Assembly: GCF_009914755.1 (NCBI RefSeq)
Contig: NC_060925.1
DNA: 64,000 bases
Source: the human T2T-CHM13v2.0 reference genome, Homo sapiens
Direction: 5' to 3' (one strand)
Shown piece by piece: positions 40,960 through 59,834 of the stretch; the first letter of the stretch is position 1, and each line of letters starts with the position of its first letter. Both the position numbers and the translations under genes were made by a program. The notes under the pieces were generated by a model. It had not been told where the DNA came from. It did not search any database and saw only the letters and a list, made by a program, of their open reading frames with translations.

Positions 40960-41330
40960 TAGTCATTGGTGCCACTCTCAAAATATTTCCAACCTTGCCC
41001 TCTTCTGGGCACATGGCAGGATGGCATCCTGGTGCTCTGGCTGGGCATGTCCATGGGACTGATGCTGGCCAGTGAATCATGAGCAGGAATGTTACTGTTA
41101 CTTCCAGATCTAGCATTTGATTACTGGAGTGAGACCTTCCAGAGCTCATGTCCCTCTGGCATGCATGTGAGACTGTGGCTGCTCTGTTACCCATGGCCCC
41201 TGGGTGACCATAATGGGGCAGCCTCCTCCACTGGCCCACGGTGAACAGGCAGCATAAGCAAGAAATGGCCCTTTGTTGTTTAAGCCACTACCACGGTCAC
41301 TAAAGCAGAGCCTCGCCCATCTGACAGAGG
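40960..41330 (+). mobile_element. MLT1J/K-like MaLR LTR
   Basis: ctcttctgggcacatggcagga...ggccagtgaat...gcataagcaagaaatggccctttgttgtttaagccact. Confidence 0.7.
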
Positions 41331-41629
41331 CCATACCCAGGGCTGGGAAAGCTGCACAGTTATGGAACTCAGTGCACTGGTGCCCCAGTGATGCTGGGAC
41401 AGACAGGGATGGGCAAGGGATGGCAGTGGGTCTCTACTCAAGCATCATGCACCTGCTATGTGCCAAGCCCTGCAAAGGGCACTGGGACACAGGAATGAAT
41501 GACACAGACATTGCCCTTGAGGGGTTCATAGGCAGTGGTAAAATCAGCCTCTGGGGAATCCAACAAGAACCTGCATGTGTCAAATGGACTTCATGAGCTG
41601 TAATAGGCTACAGAGCCTCAGGGAGAGGA

Positions 41630-43260
41630 CAGCGTAGGGGTGAGGAGCTGTGTGCTCTGGGACTGGGCAGCCTGCACTCAAATCACAGCACTGCTGCTAA
41701 TGGCAGTGTAACCTGGAGCAAATTGTTTAACTCCTCTGTGCCTCAATGTTCTCATCTATGAAATAGGGATAATAACAGGCCTGCCTCATAGGTGTGTTGT
41801 GAAACTGCAATGTAACACAGGCAAAGCTCACAGAGTACCTGACATAGCAAGAGCTTAACGATGTTCAACCAAAGCCTGTTGTCAAAGCTCCTCTGACTTC
41901 TTCTGGGTCTCCTGGCCAGGGCCCAATCCCAACTCCACCACTGAATTGCAAAGCAGCACTGGGCAAGTCAGCCCACTGGTCTGTGCCTCAGCTTCCTGAT
42001 CTGTACATGGGGATAATAGCAACCTGCCAAACTCAGGTCTGGTACAAAGAAGGGGCTCGGCAGGTGGTGGGGAGATTGTCTTGGGTGGGGTCAGGATTTG
42101 AACCCAGGTCCCTCTGAGTAGCTGCCTGTGGTCCCACAGCAGACACCACACTGTTACTTTCTTCCTGAAACTTCTGCGGGGATGCATCATTATTCAGGTG
42201 GGAAGGTGGCCAGGACATTTGGGTTTCTGTGTGTTGAGTAATGTCCTCACAGGGCAGCCGACTCCAACTCGGGCAGAGACTGCAATGAAAAGCCGTGCTC
42301 ACCCACCAACTTCCTGCCCTATAAAACATGAATGCCAATTCTGCGCTTTCCCTGTGCCAACCACAGTGCCAGAGGCTGTCATTTGATTTTCGTGAAAACT
42401 CTAACATGGAGAAACGGTCTTGAAAATCAAAACCAGATGAGGACACAGGCATGGAGGAGTTAGGTAACTTGTACAAGGGTCCGTGGAGGCAGAGCTGAGA
42501 TACATGACATACCTGCAGAAAGCCCTGGGTGCTTGGGCCCCGGCTGCCTGGCTGGCTCCACCTGCTTCCTACCTGCCTTGACATTGAGCAAGTACCTGAT
42601 CCTGGCACACAGTTTGTCACAGCTGATCCTTCCATTTGTTTCCAAGCTCCCCTGGAAATGTTGGGTTCTGAAAAACACCAGCTCTCTGTTGTCAGAGACT
42701 TGGGCTCAAGTCCTGGCACTGGCTCTTAGCAGCAATGAGACCTTGGGGGACTTAACCCTCCCTGAGCCTCCACTTCCTTATCTGCAAAATGGGATAAAGA
42801 AAGCTCCATTGCACTTTGATGGTTAAGAGAGAGGACTCATTTAAAAATGCTTCACACAGGGTCAGGCATGTGGTTGACTCTCTATAAGTGTTCCTTCCTG
42901 CCTCCTTTGGCCCAGACTCCACATCCCATACCTGCAGCCCTCCCCCAGATGGTGGTAATGGACCTTGGAGTGAAAAAGGCCGGCCCTAGGCCCTAGGGAT
43001 ATCATAGTGGAGCTGAAGAATTAAGAGAGAATGCAAGAGAGAAAATAAGGAGCACTAACTATGTGTCAGGATGGTGATAAGCACTTAACATGTATCTCAT
43101 TTAATGTTCACAATGGTCCAACAAGATATATTCTATTATTGTGCTCTTCCACAGGGTGGGATTGCAGCTAACAGAGGCAACATGACTTCCCCAAGGCCAT
43201 CGCCTAATATTTAGTGCAGCCAGAATTGAATCCAGGCCTGACAGCCTGAAAGCCTAAAAT
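41630..43260. mobile_element. Cluster of MIR fragments (about 41630-41870 +, 42690-42890 +, 43050-43260 -)
   Basis: MIR cores ctctgtgcctcaatgttctcatctatgaaataggg, cctgagcctccacttccttatctgcaaaatggg, catgacttccccaaggcca. Confidence 0.7.
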
Positions 43261-43633
43261 TGAATTTAACTAATTCCACTTACTATCTCCACTGCCTGGG
43301 CCCAATTTCTGAAATTCTACCACTCTTTCCTTTGAAAAGAAATAAGTATGAAAACGCTTCCCACTACCTGGAACTTAGCAAATCCCACTCAAAAGGCTTG
43401 TCAAAGGACTGGTAGATTTGATGTTTGTGTAGATAAGATTGTGAGCAGCATTTGAGGTCACAACCCCATGAATTAGGAGAAGAAAAACACACACATACAC
43501 AATTTTGTTTTGGTGTTTCAGAGAATTCTGGGCTGCCCGGCAAACCCTACAGCTGAAACCTGGGAAGCCCACCTGGCTAAAGCAATTACCACCCAGCAAA
43601 ACCCTCAGGGCTCCCACCAAGGCCTTTACTTGG

Positions 43634-43995
43634 CGATATGGTTGAGCTGTGTCCCCACCCAAATCTCATCTTGAATTGTAGCTCCCATAATTCCCACGTG
43701 TTATGGGAGGGACCTGGTGGGAGGTAATTGAATCATGGGGGCAGGTCTTTCCCATGCTGTTCTCCTGATAGTGAATAAGTCCCACAAGATCTGTTGGTTT
43801 TATAAAGGGGAATTTCCCTGCACACGTTCTCTTGCCTGCTGTCATGTAAGATGCGACTTTGCTCCTCCTTTGCCTTCAGCCACGATTGTGAGGTCTCCCC
43901 AGCCATGTGGAACTATGAGTCAATTAAATCTCTCCTTTATAAATCACCCAGTCTCCGGTGTGTCTTCATTAGCAGCATGAGAACAGACTAATATA
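43634..43995 (+). mobile_element. THE1B/C-like MaLR solo LTR
   Basis: gatatggttgagctgtgtccccacccaaatctcatcttgaattg...gcagcatgagaacagactaatata; TSD cttgg on both sides. Confidence 0.9.
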
Positions 43996-44230
43996 CTTGG
44001 TAAAACAAACACTGCAGGTCAAACCCTGTTCCTAGAGATGACGTTTAGCATAAGTCTCACTTCTCTGAGATATAAAAAGAAAAACTACCTCATATCTCCA
44101 GGGGAGACTGAGTCTCATTGGCAGGGCTGAGGGAAGACAGGGTCCCATCTGTCTGTCCATAAAAGCAATGTTTCAAGATTCACCGAAGTCGACACTCTTC
44201 TATTTGTAACCAGGTTAAATATTGTAGTTA

Positions 44231-44540
<310 letters not shown>

Positions 44541-45295
44541 AAATCTGGCACACTTATTGGGTGGGAATGTGTGATGGGAAGTGCCTACCATGTGCCTTTA
44601 TAAAGCTATAATCAAGATTTACTCATTATGTTCAGACTGGGGGTAGATCCCAATCCATCCTTGCTCTGCCTAGTGGCAACTACTCCATACAAATCAAATG
44701 CAATGTTAAATTCCAAACCCCACAGGAAAGAGCCATCCCCAAGAAAACAGTGAAAGCTTAACAATGTAAAACTTTAGAGTATACTGCATTAAATTAGTAC
44801 TAATTTACAGTAACAAGAAGTTCCTTCCAGAGTACAAAAAGAGAATCGTGGCAGCTTTTTATATTACATAATCATTTTTATGGTCTTACAGATTTGAAGA
44901 ATCAAAATGAAAACAATCTCCATTCCACATCCCATCCTTTTTCTCTAGATAAGGGTGAAATCAGTTTTTTTCAAGGTGGAGTTTTGAGAGTCCGTATTTC
45001 TTAAGCCCCATTTAATGAAACCGTGTCTTTCACTAATTGTGGCTGTTCTCTATCCTTTTCACCTGGCATGCGAAACTCCAGCTGATTTCACAGAGGCACG
45101 GGTCAAAGGGTCAAGTTCTCCTGATGCTCTTCAAAAGAGTCAAATGTGGGCTTTGCAACATTGTCCATTTCAAGAAGATATGGGGTGGCATTGGTAGCTT
45201 TGATGAAGCCCTGTTATTGTTGTTTATCCTTGAGATGCCATGTGGGTTGGGATTGAAAAGGTGAGTTGGAGAAGTGCTATTGCTCAGCCTGAGTC

Positions 45296-45478
45296 TCAAC
45301 AATAAAGATGACGAACAAGGGAGAGAGACAAGACGGGGACACCAGCTGAAGACTGCAGGGCACTGACACCCTCAGTGGTGGCAGCTTGCATGGTTGTCTT
45401 GGCAGCTGTCTGCAGAGGTAGCAACAGTCCCAGAACCAGCAGCCCCTGCCCCAGCCTGGCCAACATGCTTCCTCCCAT
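45296..45478 (-). CDS. Open 60-aa CD24-like ORF (signal peptide, short Thr-rich core, GPI-signal-like tail); expression unknown
   Basis: gagATGg strong Kozak at 45478; no stop or frameshift to TGA at 45298-45296; in-frame upstream ATG at 45505. Confidence 0.3.
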   Translation of the reverse strand: MGGSMLARLGQGLLVLGLLLPLQTAAKTTMQAATTEGVSALQSSAGVPVLSLSLVRHLYC

Positions 45479-45576
45479 CTCAGCTCTGTGGGTCGGTCTG
45501 GTCATGCTCAGGAGGACCACGGGCTGCAGGTAGGCAGGTGCAGGTGAAGTAGCAAGTGCAATGGCCAAGTCAGGCC

Positions 45577-45660
45577 TTATATACTGGGAGCGTCACAATG
45601 CCCTGACCTGACACCACCCGCACACGCTCGCCTCCCCAAGGGCTGCCCCCACCTGCCTGC
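45577..45660 (-). promoter_or_regulatory. TATA box and GC/CpG-containing upstream segment of the CD24 retrocopy
   Basis: Minus strand reads cattgtgacgctcccagTATATAAgg (TATA 45583-45577), about 100 nt upstream of the ATG; upstream ggggaggcgagcgtgtgcgggtgg. Confidence 0.5.
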
Positions 45661-45739
45661 TCATGATCACAGACCAAATATTTTCTTTTAGAAACAAAAC
45701 ATTGAAAACTCGTTTAGAGCATCTGGACCCAGCCACTTA

Positions 45740-48111
<2,372 letters not shown>

Positions 48112-49304
48112 AAATCTAAGGTTTTCATTTTCTTTCTTCCAAGTGACATTATTTTTTCCCTGATCCTTAAAAGGGCTGCATGTTTGTTGTTGAAAGTTGG
48201 TGGCACTGAATATGAGCAGAGGTTATATCCAGAGATGTTCACCATTGATATTTGGTATGTTTTTATACAGTACCTATGCATATCTTTCACACAATAGAGA
48301 TTTTGCACTTTGTTTTTAAGAAAACATTAGCTTTTTTAACAGGTTGCATGCTGAACTGTGTGTGTTTTATTCTCATTCTGTTTGTGAAGATTCATGTATT
48401 TATATAGAAAAAGAAAATATCCTATGATGTCATTCTTGGTTGTTTCTAGTTGATGAAATTTCTGTATTTTTCCAACTTTTCTACACTGGTTTATATACAT
48501 ATATATATAATGTTGAACTAGTACTTTTGGAGTTGTTTTGTCTTGTTTTTGAGGGGAGAGGTTAATGGAATTCAAGCTAGAAGAAATCAAGGTGGAAAAT
48601 TGCTTTAAGAAATAAGACTATGGAAAGTTGACAGTGAAAATTAAAGAATAATGCCATGGTTCATGGTTAATAATGGGGCACTTGTAGTCTGAATGGCAAC
48701 CGATCCTCTTTGAAGGACTAGAATGGGTAAAAAATAATACACTCACTGATGTTTGAAATTTGGGGTATGATTTATAATAAGGCATTTAATAGAAGATTTA
48801 AAAACTTTGGCTTGGATTCTTTCATCAGCTTGAGGAGACACTTTCAAGTTTCTTAATACCTTGTTTGTGTTTCCTTTTCCACAATGTAAATATTTTCTTT
48901 GCATTCCTGAAAATGAAAGCTTACTTTCCCTTTGTTTAATTCTAATTGGATTTCTTCTTCAGGAATCTGATGCTCTTTTTCTGAACCTTTTGGGGATAGC
49001 CTGAAGAATTCTCCCAATTCTTTTTTGCCATTTTGGAGCTGGTCCCACACAAACTGATTCCCTCCTGCTTACTTATTTTTGCAGAGAGTGATATGGAGGT
49101 GCTGGCAGATGTTTGGGAGGCAGGAACCTTCCTGGGGGCTGGAGAGGTCACCTGATTTCTATAGGTGCCTATGTTTACTTCAGTCTACACCATGGTCAAA
49201 AAGGAGTGGTTGAGAGCAACAAACTGACTTTCCAGCCAAGGGCGTTTCAAGGACAAGGATTCTTACAGAGGTATCTTTTCTCCCAACTTTTTGACTACTT
49301 TTTT

Positions 49305-49913
<609 letters not shown>

Positions 49914-49926
49914 TTGACTACTTTTT

Positions 49927-54386
<4,460 letters not shown>

Positions 54387-55069
54387 CGGCCTTGACTGTT
54401 TTTTAACAAACACACTGAATCCACTTCGGTAGCATCAGTCTCCTCCACTTCCACCAGACAGTCACGATGCATGTCTTGCATAAGGAAAGAACTTTGGGTT
54501 TTTGTCTTTCTGTTCCAATAAACGCAGGGGCTCCTCCAAAGTATCAGGGGCATTTTCCCCTCTCCACTTGAGTATTTTTGACCTCTGCACTCAAATGTCC
54601 ACCATCACAACGTGGTTTGAGCATCTGCCATTGTTGGTGGTCACCCAGAACAGAAACACCTTCGCAGATTATGGAATTTCCTGTCTTAAGAGACAGAGCC
54701 TGAACATGCCAGAGATTTTTCTTCCCCAGTCTCCTTAGTGGAATAAACCAAAGTAGAAGCATATAGCAAGGTTCCTCCAGTCAGATGCACCCCAAGCCCA
54801 CCCTTTGGAAAGAAAGTCCTTGACAACATTTCTCCTTAAATTGATTAGAGAGAGTGTGTGTTTTGTGAAATAATCCTGATTCATAAACTACAGTTTTGCC
54901 TATTCAAAAATTCTGCACTTTTTAGAACCAAGTTAAAATGCTGCCTCCTCCAGGAAGCATTTTCTGATCTCTACAGCCAGAAATATTCTCTCTTTTCATC
55001 CAGTTTGCCTTTGGGTTTTATTTCATGGCCTTGTAGATCCTTGAGGACTGTGACAACACAGTCATCTAG

Positions 55070-55285
55070 AATAATGGTTAAGAGCATAGACTTGGGATCT
55101 ACTGCCTGGGTTCAAGCCCTAGCTTTTCCATAAACTATCTGTGTGACATTGGGCAAGTTACTAAACCTCTCTGTGTCTCTATTTGCTCACCTATAAAACA
55201 GGGGTGACAACAGCACCTACCTCCCAGGGTTGCTGTGAGGATTATGACATGTGTTCATATAAAGCACTGAGGACAGTGCCTGTCC
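55070..55285 (+). mobile_element. MIR
   Basis: aatggttaagagcatagact...tgtgtgacattgggcaagttactaaacctctctgtg. Confidence 0.85.
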
Positions 55286-55559
55286 TGTCCCAAACCCACA
55301 TTGTGTGACTCCATTTCCTGCTGTGTGGCCCTTCAAGGGTGTGTCTGTCATTCCTGCTGGCAGTCCACAGAGCACTCCGGGGTTACTCGCTCTTCCACGC
55401 CACTGGAGACCTCTGACTGTAATCTACACTGTGCCCTTCACTGGCCCAAGTGCTCTCAGTCCCCCGAGACTGCTCCTGTCTATCAGTGTCTCACCATCCC
55501 CACAGTGTCTGTCTGTGGGGATGTCCCTACCCTCACCTGTCACCTGCACCATCGAAGGC

Positions 55560-56960
55560 ATCTTAACTGATCTCTTTGCTGCCAGAGCCTCCCTCCCTGT
55601 TCACCTGCACCCAGGTGCCTTCCCCAAACGCCGAGGATCTGAACACATCCTCCTGCTGAAACAGTAACAGGCTGTGGCCCACAGGCTAACATGCAAACTC
55701 TTCACCCAACATTCCAGGCCCCTCCTGCTCTGATGCCTGCAGCTCCCAGCCTTCTGTGCTGCTTCCTCCTCCCACAACCAACACACAGCCTCCCAAATAT
55801 CTCCCAGATCCCTGACCACAGGGCACTTGCTCCCCTGCACCTGGGCCTCTGCACAGCCCCTCATTCTTTAATCAATGGCCTCCCCCTCCTCCACTAGGCC
55901 CTCAGCCCTTGACATCTTCCCCGTTCTTTGCCTGCTCTGAGGTCCCTGAGGGTGGGGCCTGCATCTGGTTTTCTTTACCACTGAATTCTGTTACCTGAGC
56001 GGAGCCTGGCACACAGCAAGGGCTCACTAAACACCTGCTTACTGGATGCATAAAGGAGAGCTACTGTTTAGTAGGCACCCACTGTGTGCCAGCCACTGTG
56101 CCAAGCACTGAACTGCATCAACTAATCCAACCCCCTAAATCCCAACCTGATCCTCATCGTGGGGATAAGAAACCAAGACTCAGTGAGGTAACCGACTGTC
56201 CCAGAGTCCCACAGCCAGCTGGTGGCAGAACTGTCTCAAACCCAAGTGCCTCAGAGCCCAGACACCCTGGGGCACCTGCCTCCCCACCCCTCTCCCTCCC
56301 ACTCACTCCTGCCCTCTGCTCTCCAGTCATAGTATCCACCTCTCAGCCAAGAAGGTGTCAAGGGCTCCTCTGCCACAGGGGCACTATAGGTTTAGAATTT
56401 TCTTTCTCCACCTCCTCCGTCTAGTTAAATATTACTCGTCTTTAAGATTCTGGCTCACCTACCACCTCCTTGGTGGAGCCCTCCCTGACAATGCCACCAC
56501 ACATACCAGCTACCCTAGGACACTGTGTTCCAGGCATTCCTAGGGCCCCATCCCCCCCTTCAAAGCTGACCTCAGTTTGTGATTCTTATTCAGCCTGTGA
56601 TTATTTAATCAATCTCTCCCTTCTCTGATAGACTGCGATCCTTGAGAACAAAGACTGTGTCTGGTTTTGTTCATCAATGAATTCTTAGTTTCCAGTCTAG
56701 CATCTAGCATATAATAGATGATCACTAAATATCTGTGTATGAGATAGATTAATAAAAGTGACTATTTAATAATCACCTACTATGTTCCAGGCACATGAAT
56801 GCATTATCGAATTTGTTCCTCCAATATCTGCATGTCATGGGTACTGACATGATTTCCATTGTAAACATAAGAAAACTGAGGCTCAGCAAGGTAAGTCCCT
56901 GGCCCAGAGTCCTACAGCCAGTCATTGGCAGAGCTGGGTCTCAAGCCCACATGCCTATGA
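55560..56960. mobile_element. Interleaved L2 (+) and MIR (-) fragments
   Basis: L2 tails cctggcacacagcaagggctcactaaacacctg and gactgcgatccttgagaacaaagactgtgtc; MIR cores gaaaactgaggctcagcaagg. Confidence 0.65.
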
Positions 56961-58699
56961 CCTGTAAACACCTCATTTCAGTGCTATTTTAAATGCTGCT
57001 TAAAATCCTATACTCAGCTTTCCATAGGGCTTACTATCCTGCATAACTCTCCATTTAGGCATCTGCCTCTCCATCAGACTGTGAGCCCCTGAGGGTGTTC
57101 CCCCATTTGAGCTGGAACTCCGGGGAGGCTACTTCCTTCCTGTCTGCGACCACTGCTCTGTGCCTCACTTTCTGGTCTGCAAAATGGGCTCTCATGAGGA
57201 GTGAGTTGGGGGAGGGGTGAAGCACCCGGCACTGGGCCTGGGACTAGGGAGCGCCATCCCTGTCCATTTTCATTGGTGTCACAAGGACACAGCACCCACA
57301 TGTCCTCGGCCAGCCAGGAGTCCTCACCGGGCAGATGGGAAACTCTTACCCCTCAGGGGACTGGGGGTTTCCTTTGGAGATGCCCTCCCAGACACACCCC
57401 AAAGACTTCCTCACTTCAGAGGTTCCCAGCTGCCTCAGGTTAGGGCAGGCCCAGTCCACAGAGCAGGGGAAAGAGGAGGGGAGGAACATCTACGGGACCA
57501 CTGATGGGGAGGATGGTGGTGCCTATGGGGACCCCGCCCATCACACCCTCTGAGAGAAGCCTCTGGGCGGTGGGCCCAGGGGCCGAGTCCTCCTCACCAC
57601 AGGACACACCCTGGCCCTTGTTACTAGTGGAGTCATCAAATAAATCCAACACTTAGAAAACAGCCTGAAGAGGACACTTTCCTGAAATTCAACAATAATA
57701 AAAGAGAAAAATGGACCAGCTTACTCCAGACAACCACCACCAGAGAATTAATTACGCTGCTCCTATCCTGAGCTGGGAAGCTGGTGGCAGAAGCACCTGC
57801 CCAGGTAATTCCTCAGCCTGGATTTATGGACTCCCCAAGAGCTACCTACACGTGGTCTCCATCCAGGTTACTCAGCACACCTCTATTTAGATTTCACCAG
57901 CACTTCCTCTGCCGCCCCGAGCAGGGAGGCAGGCACCATACCGGGTGGCACAAGTGAATACTGATTTGCTGACAATGGCCTAGAGAAAAACAGTCCATTC
58001 AAGAGAAACAATTGTTTCCAACTTCCCAACCTTCCCAGGCCTTGGTTTTCCCTGTGAGTCACTGAGTTTTGGGCATCACATCAGGTAAACAAGAACTCAG
58101 TTGTACATTCACAGAGAATAAGGGTGGGTTGTGTAGACAGTGCCTCAGTTTTCTCATCTATAAAATGGTCCTAAGGGTGTGAGATGATGGGGGCTCTCAT
58201 TTTATTGCTTGAAACCTTTTTAAACGAACATACTTTGTTGTTCTGAGAAAATAAGGCACCATGCAAGTCTAAATAAATTAATTAAATGAGGATAAGAGTA
58301 ATGATTGGGTTTCAGTGAGGGTTAAAGGAGATGAAACAATACCCACAGCACAGGGCCAGGCACGTGCTGAGCACACAATGCCCATAGTTTCCACTCTGCT
58401 CCAATTATTGTGGCTGATGATGGTTTGGTTGTCACTGCTGGAAATCAGGGTTCTTGGCAAGGTATTGATTGTGTGACTTTGGACATAGGGGCCAACCTCT
58501 CTGGTTCATTTATAAAATCAGAACAATAGTCTCCCAGCCTAGAAGCACAGGGATGGACCGAATGACATTTTTGTGCCATTTCTTTTCCCTGAAGCCTCCA
58601 TTTGTGAGTCCCCTCAGTGTTGGTGACCTTTGATGTTCACACTTCAGGAAGATAGGAGGTGGCTGCAGAGGCCCCTTCATCTCTCCATAACCTAATGCC

Positions 58700-59830
58700 T
58701 TCAGTCACTCACTCATGCACACCTTCATTCATTCAGCACCCACGAACATTTATATAGCATGTTATAATCTTTGACTTGATCCTCGAGGAGTGGTCAGGGA
58801 ATTCACAGGAACAGGTGAGCCTGGTGGAGGTGCTGGCTGCCAAGACCTGTGAAGTGCTGGAGGAGCTCTGGGCAAGGCTTGCCCAAATCTCCCTGGGGAA
58901 GTCAAGGAAGCCTCACAGAAGTGACATTGAACCCAGCCAAGAAGGGCAAGTAGGAGCTTGTTGGGGGGACACAGTGAGAAGGATACTCAAGGTGGGGGCA
59001 ACTGCATATGCAAAGGCTCAGAGGCTTGGGAGCATTTGGCCTGTTCAAGGTAGAACACATGGTCAGGATGGCTGGAGAACTGGGTATGGTTTAAGGGCAA
59101 AGCAAGAGGTCAGATGACCCTTGTGGGGACTGGAGACCACAGATTGGCATTTGACAAAGCTGTGTGGAGTCCTTGCCTGAGCTGGAACTCCAAGGAGGAA
59201 TCTGGAGAGGCCAATGCCTGGGGTTCCCTCTCTCTGTTTCCCCATGAATGATGCTTGCAGGACTTTTTTCCATGCCTGAGTTCAAGTCCCAGCTCTGCTC
59301 TTGATCTGCTACATGACCCTGGGCAAGTGGCTTCATGTATCTGAGTCTCAGTTGCTTCAATGACAAAACAAAGATAAGATGTACATCATAAATTTGTAAA
59401 AAAAAAAAAAAAGTAAAGATATTCATTCCTTTATTCACTCATCCGGCATGTGTTTCATTGGGTGTCTTTCCCCAACTCTGTGCTAGGCATGGAGCCATAG
59501 CTGAGGACAACATAGCCCTGACCTCATATAACAAACAGGCTCATGAGAGACACAATTGTTAAATAAACACTAATAAATATATGATTTTGGAATTTGATGA
59601 ACAAAATGAAAGGAAACTAAAGAATGTAATGAACAGTTAGAATAAGGGGCCTCTTCTTGATTTGGAGCAGGGAGAAAGAGTCAGGGAAGACTGTTATGAG
59701 GATGTGACAGAGCCAGGCAGAGAACCAAAGATGGGGCCCTCCAGATGGAGTAACCAGTACCTGTGAAGGCCTTGGGGGAGGCCCATCAAGGTGTGTTTAA
59801 GGAATATCGATTAGGCCAGTGTGACTGCAG
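58700..59830 (-). mobile_element. L2 fragments with an intervening MIR (about 59270-59400)
   Basis: cattcattcagc...catttatatagca; gcatatgcaaaggctcagagg; attcattcctttattcactc...tgtgctaggc. Confidence 0.6.
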
Positions 59831-59834
59831 CAGG

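Noticed and set aside
42033-42719. 228-aa minus-strand ORF
   Set aside because: Built partly from MIR fragments, non-ATG start, no domain similarity
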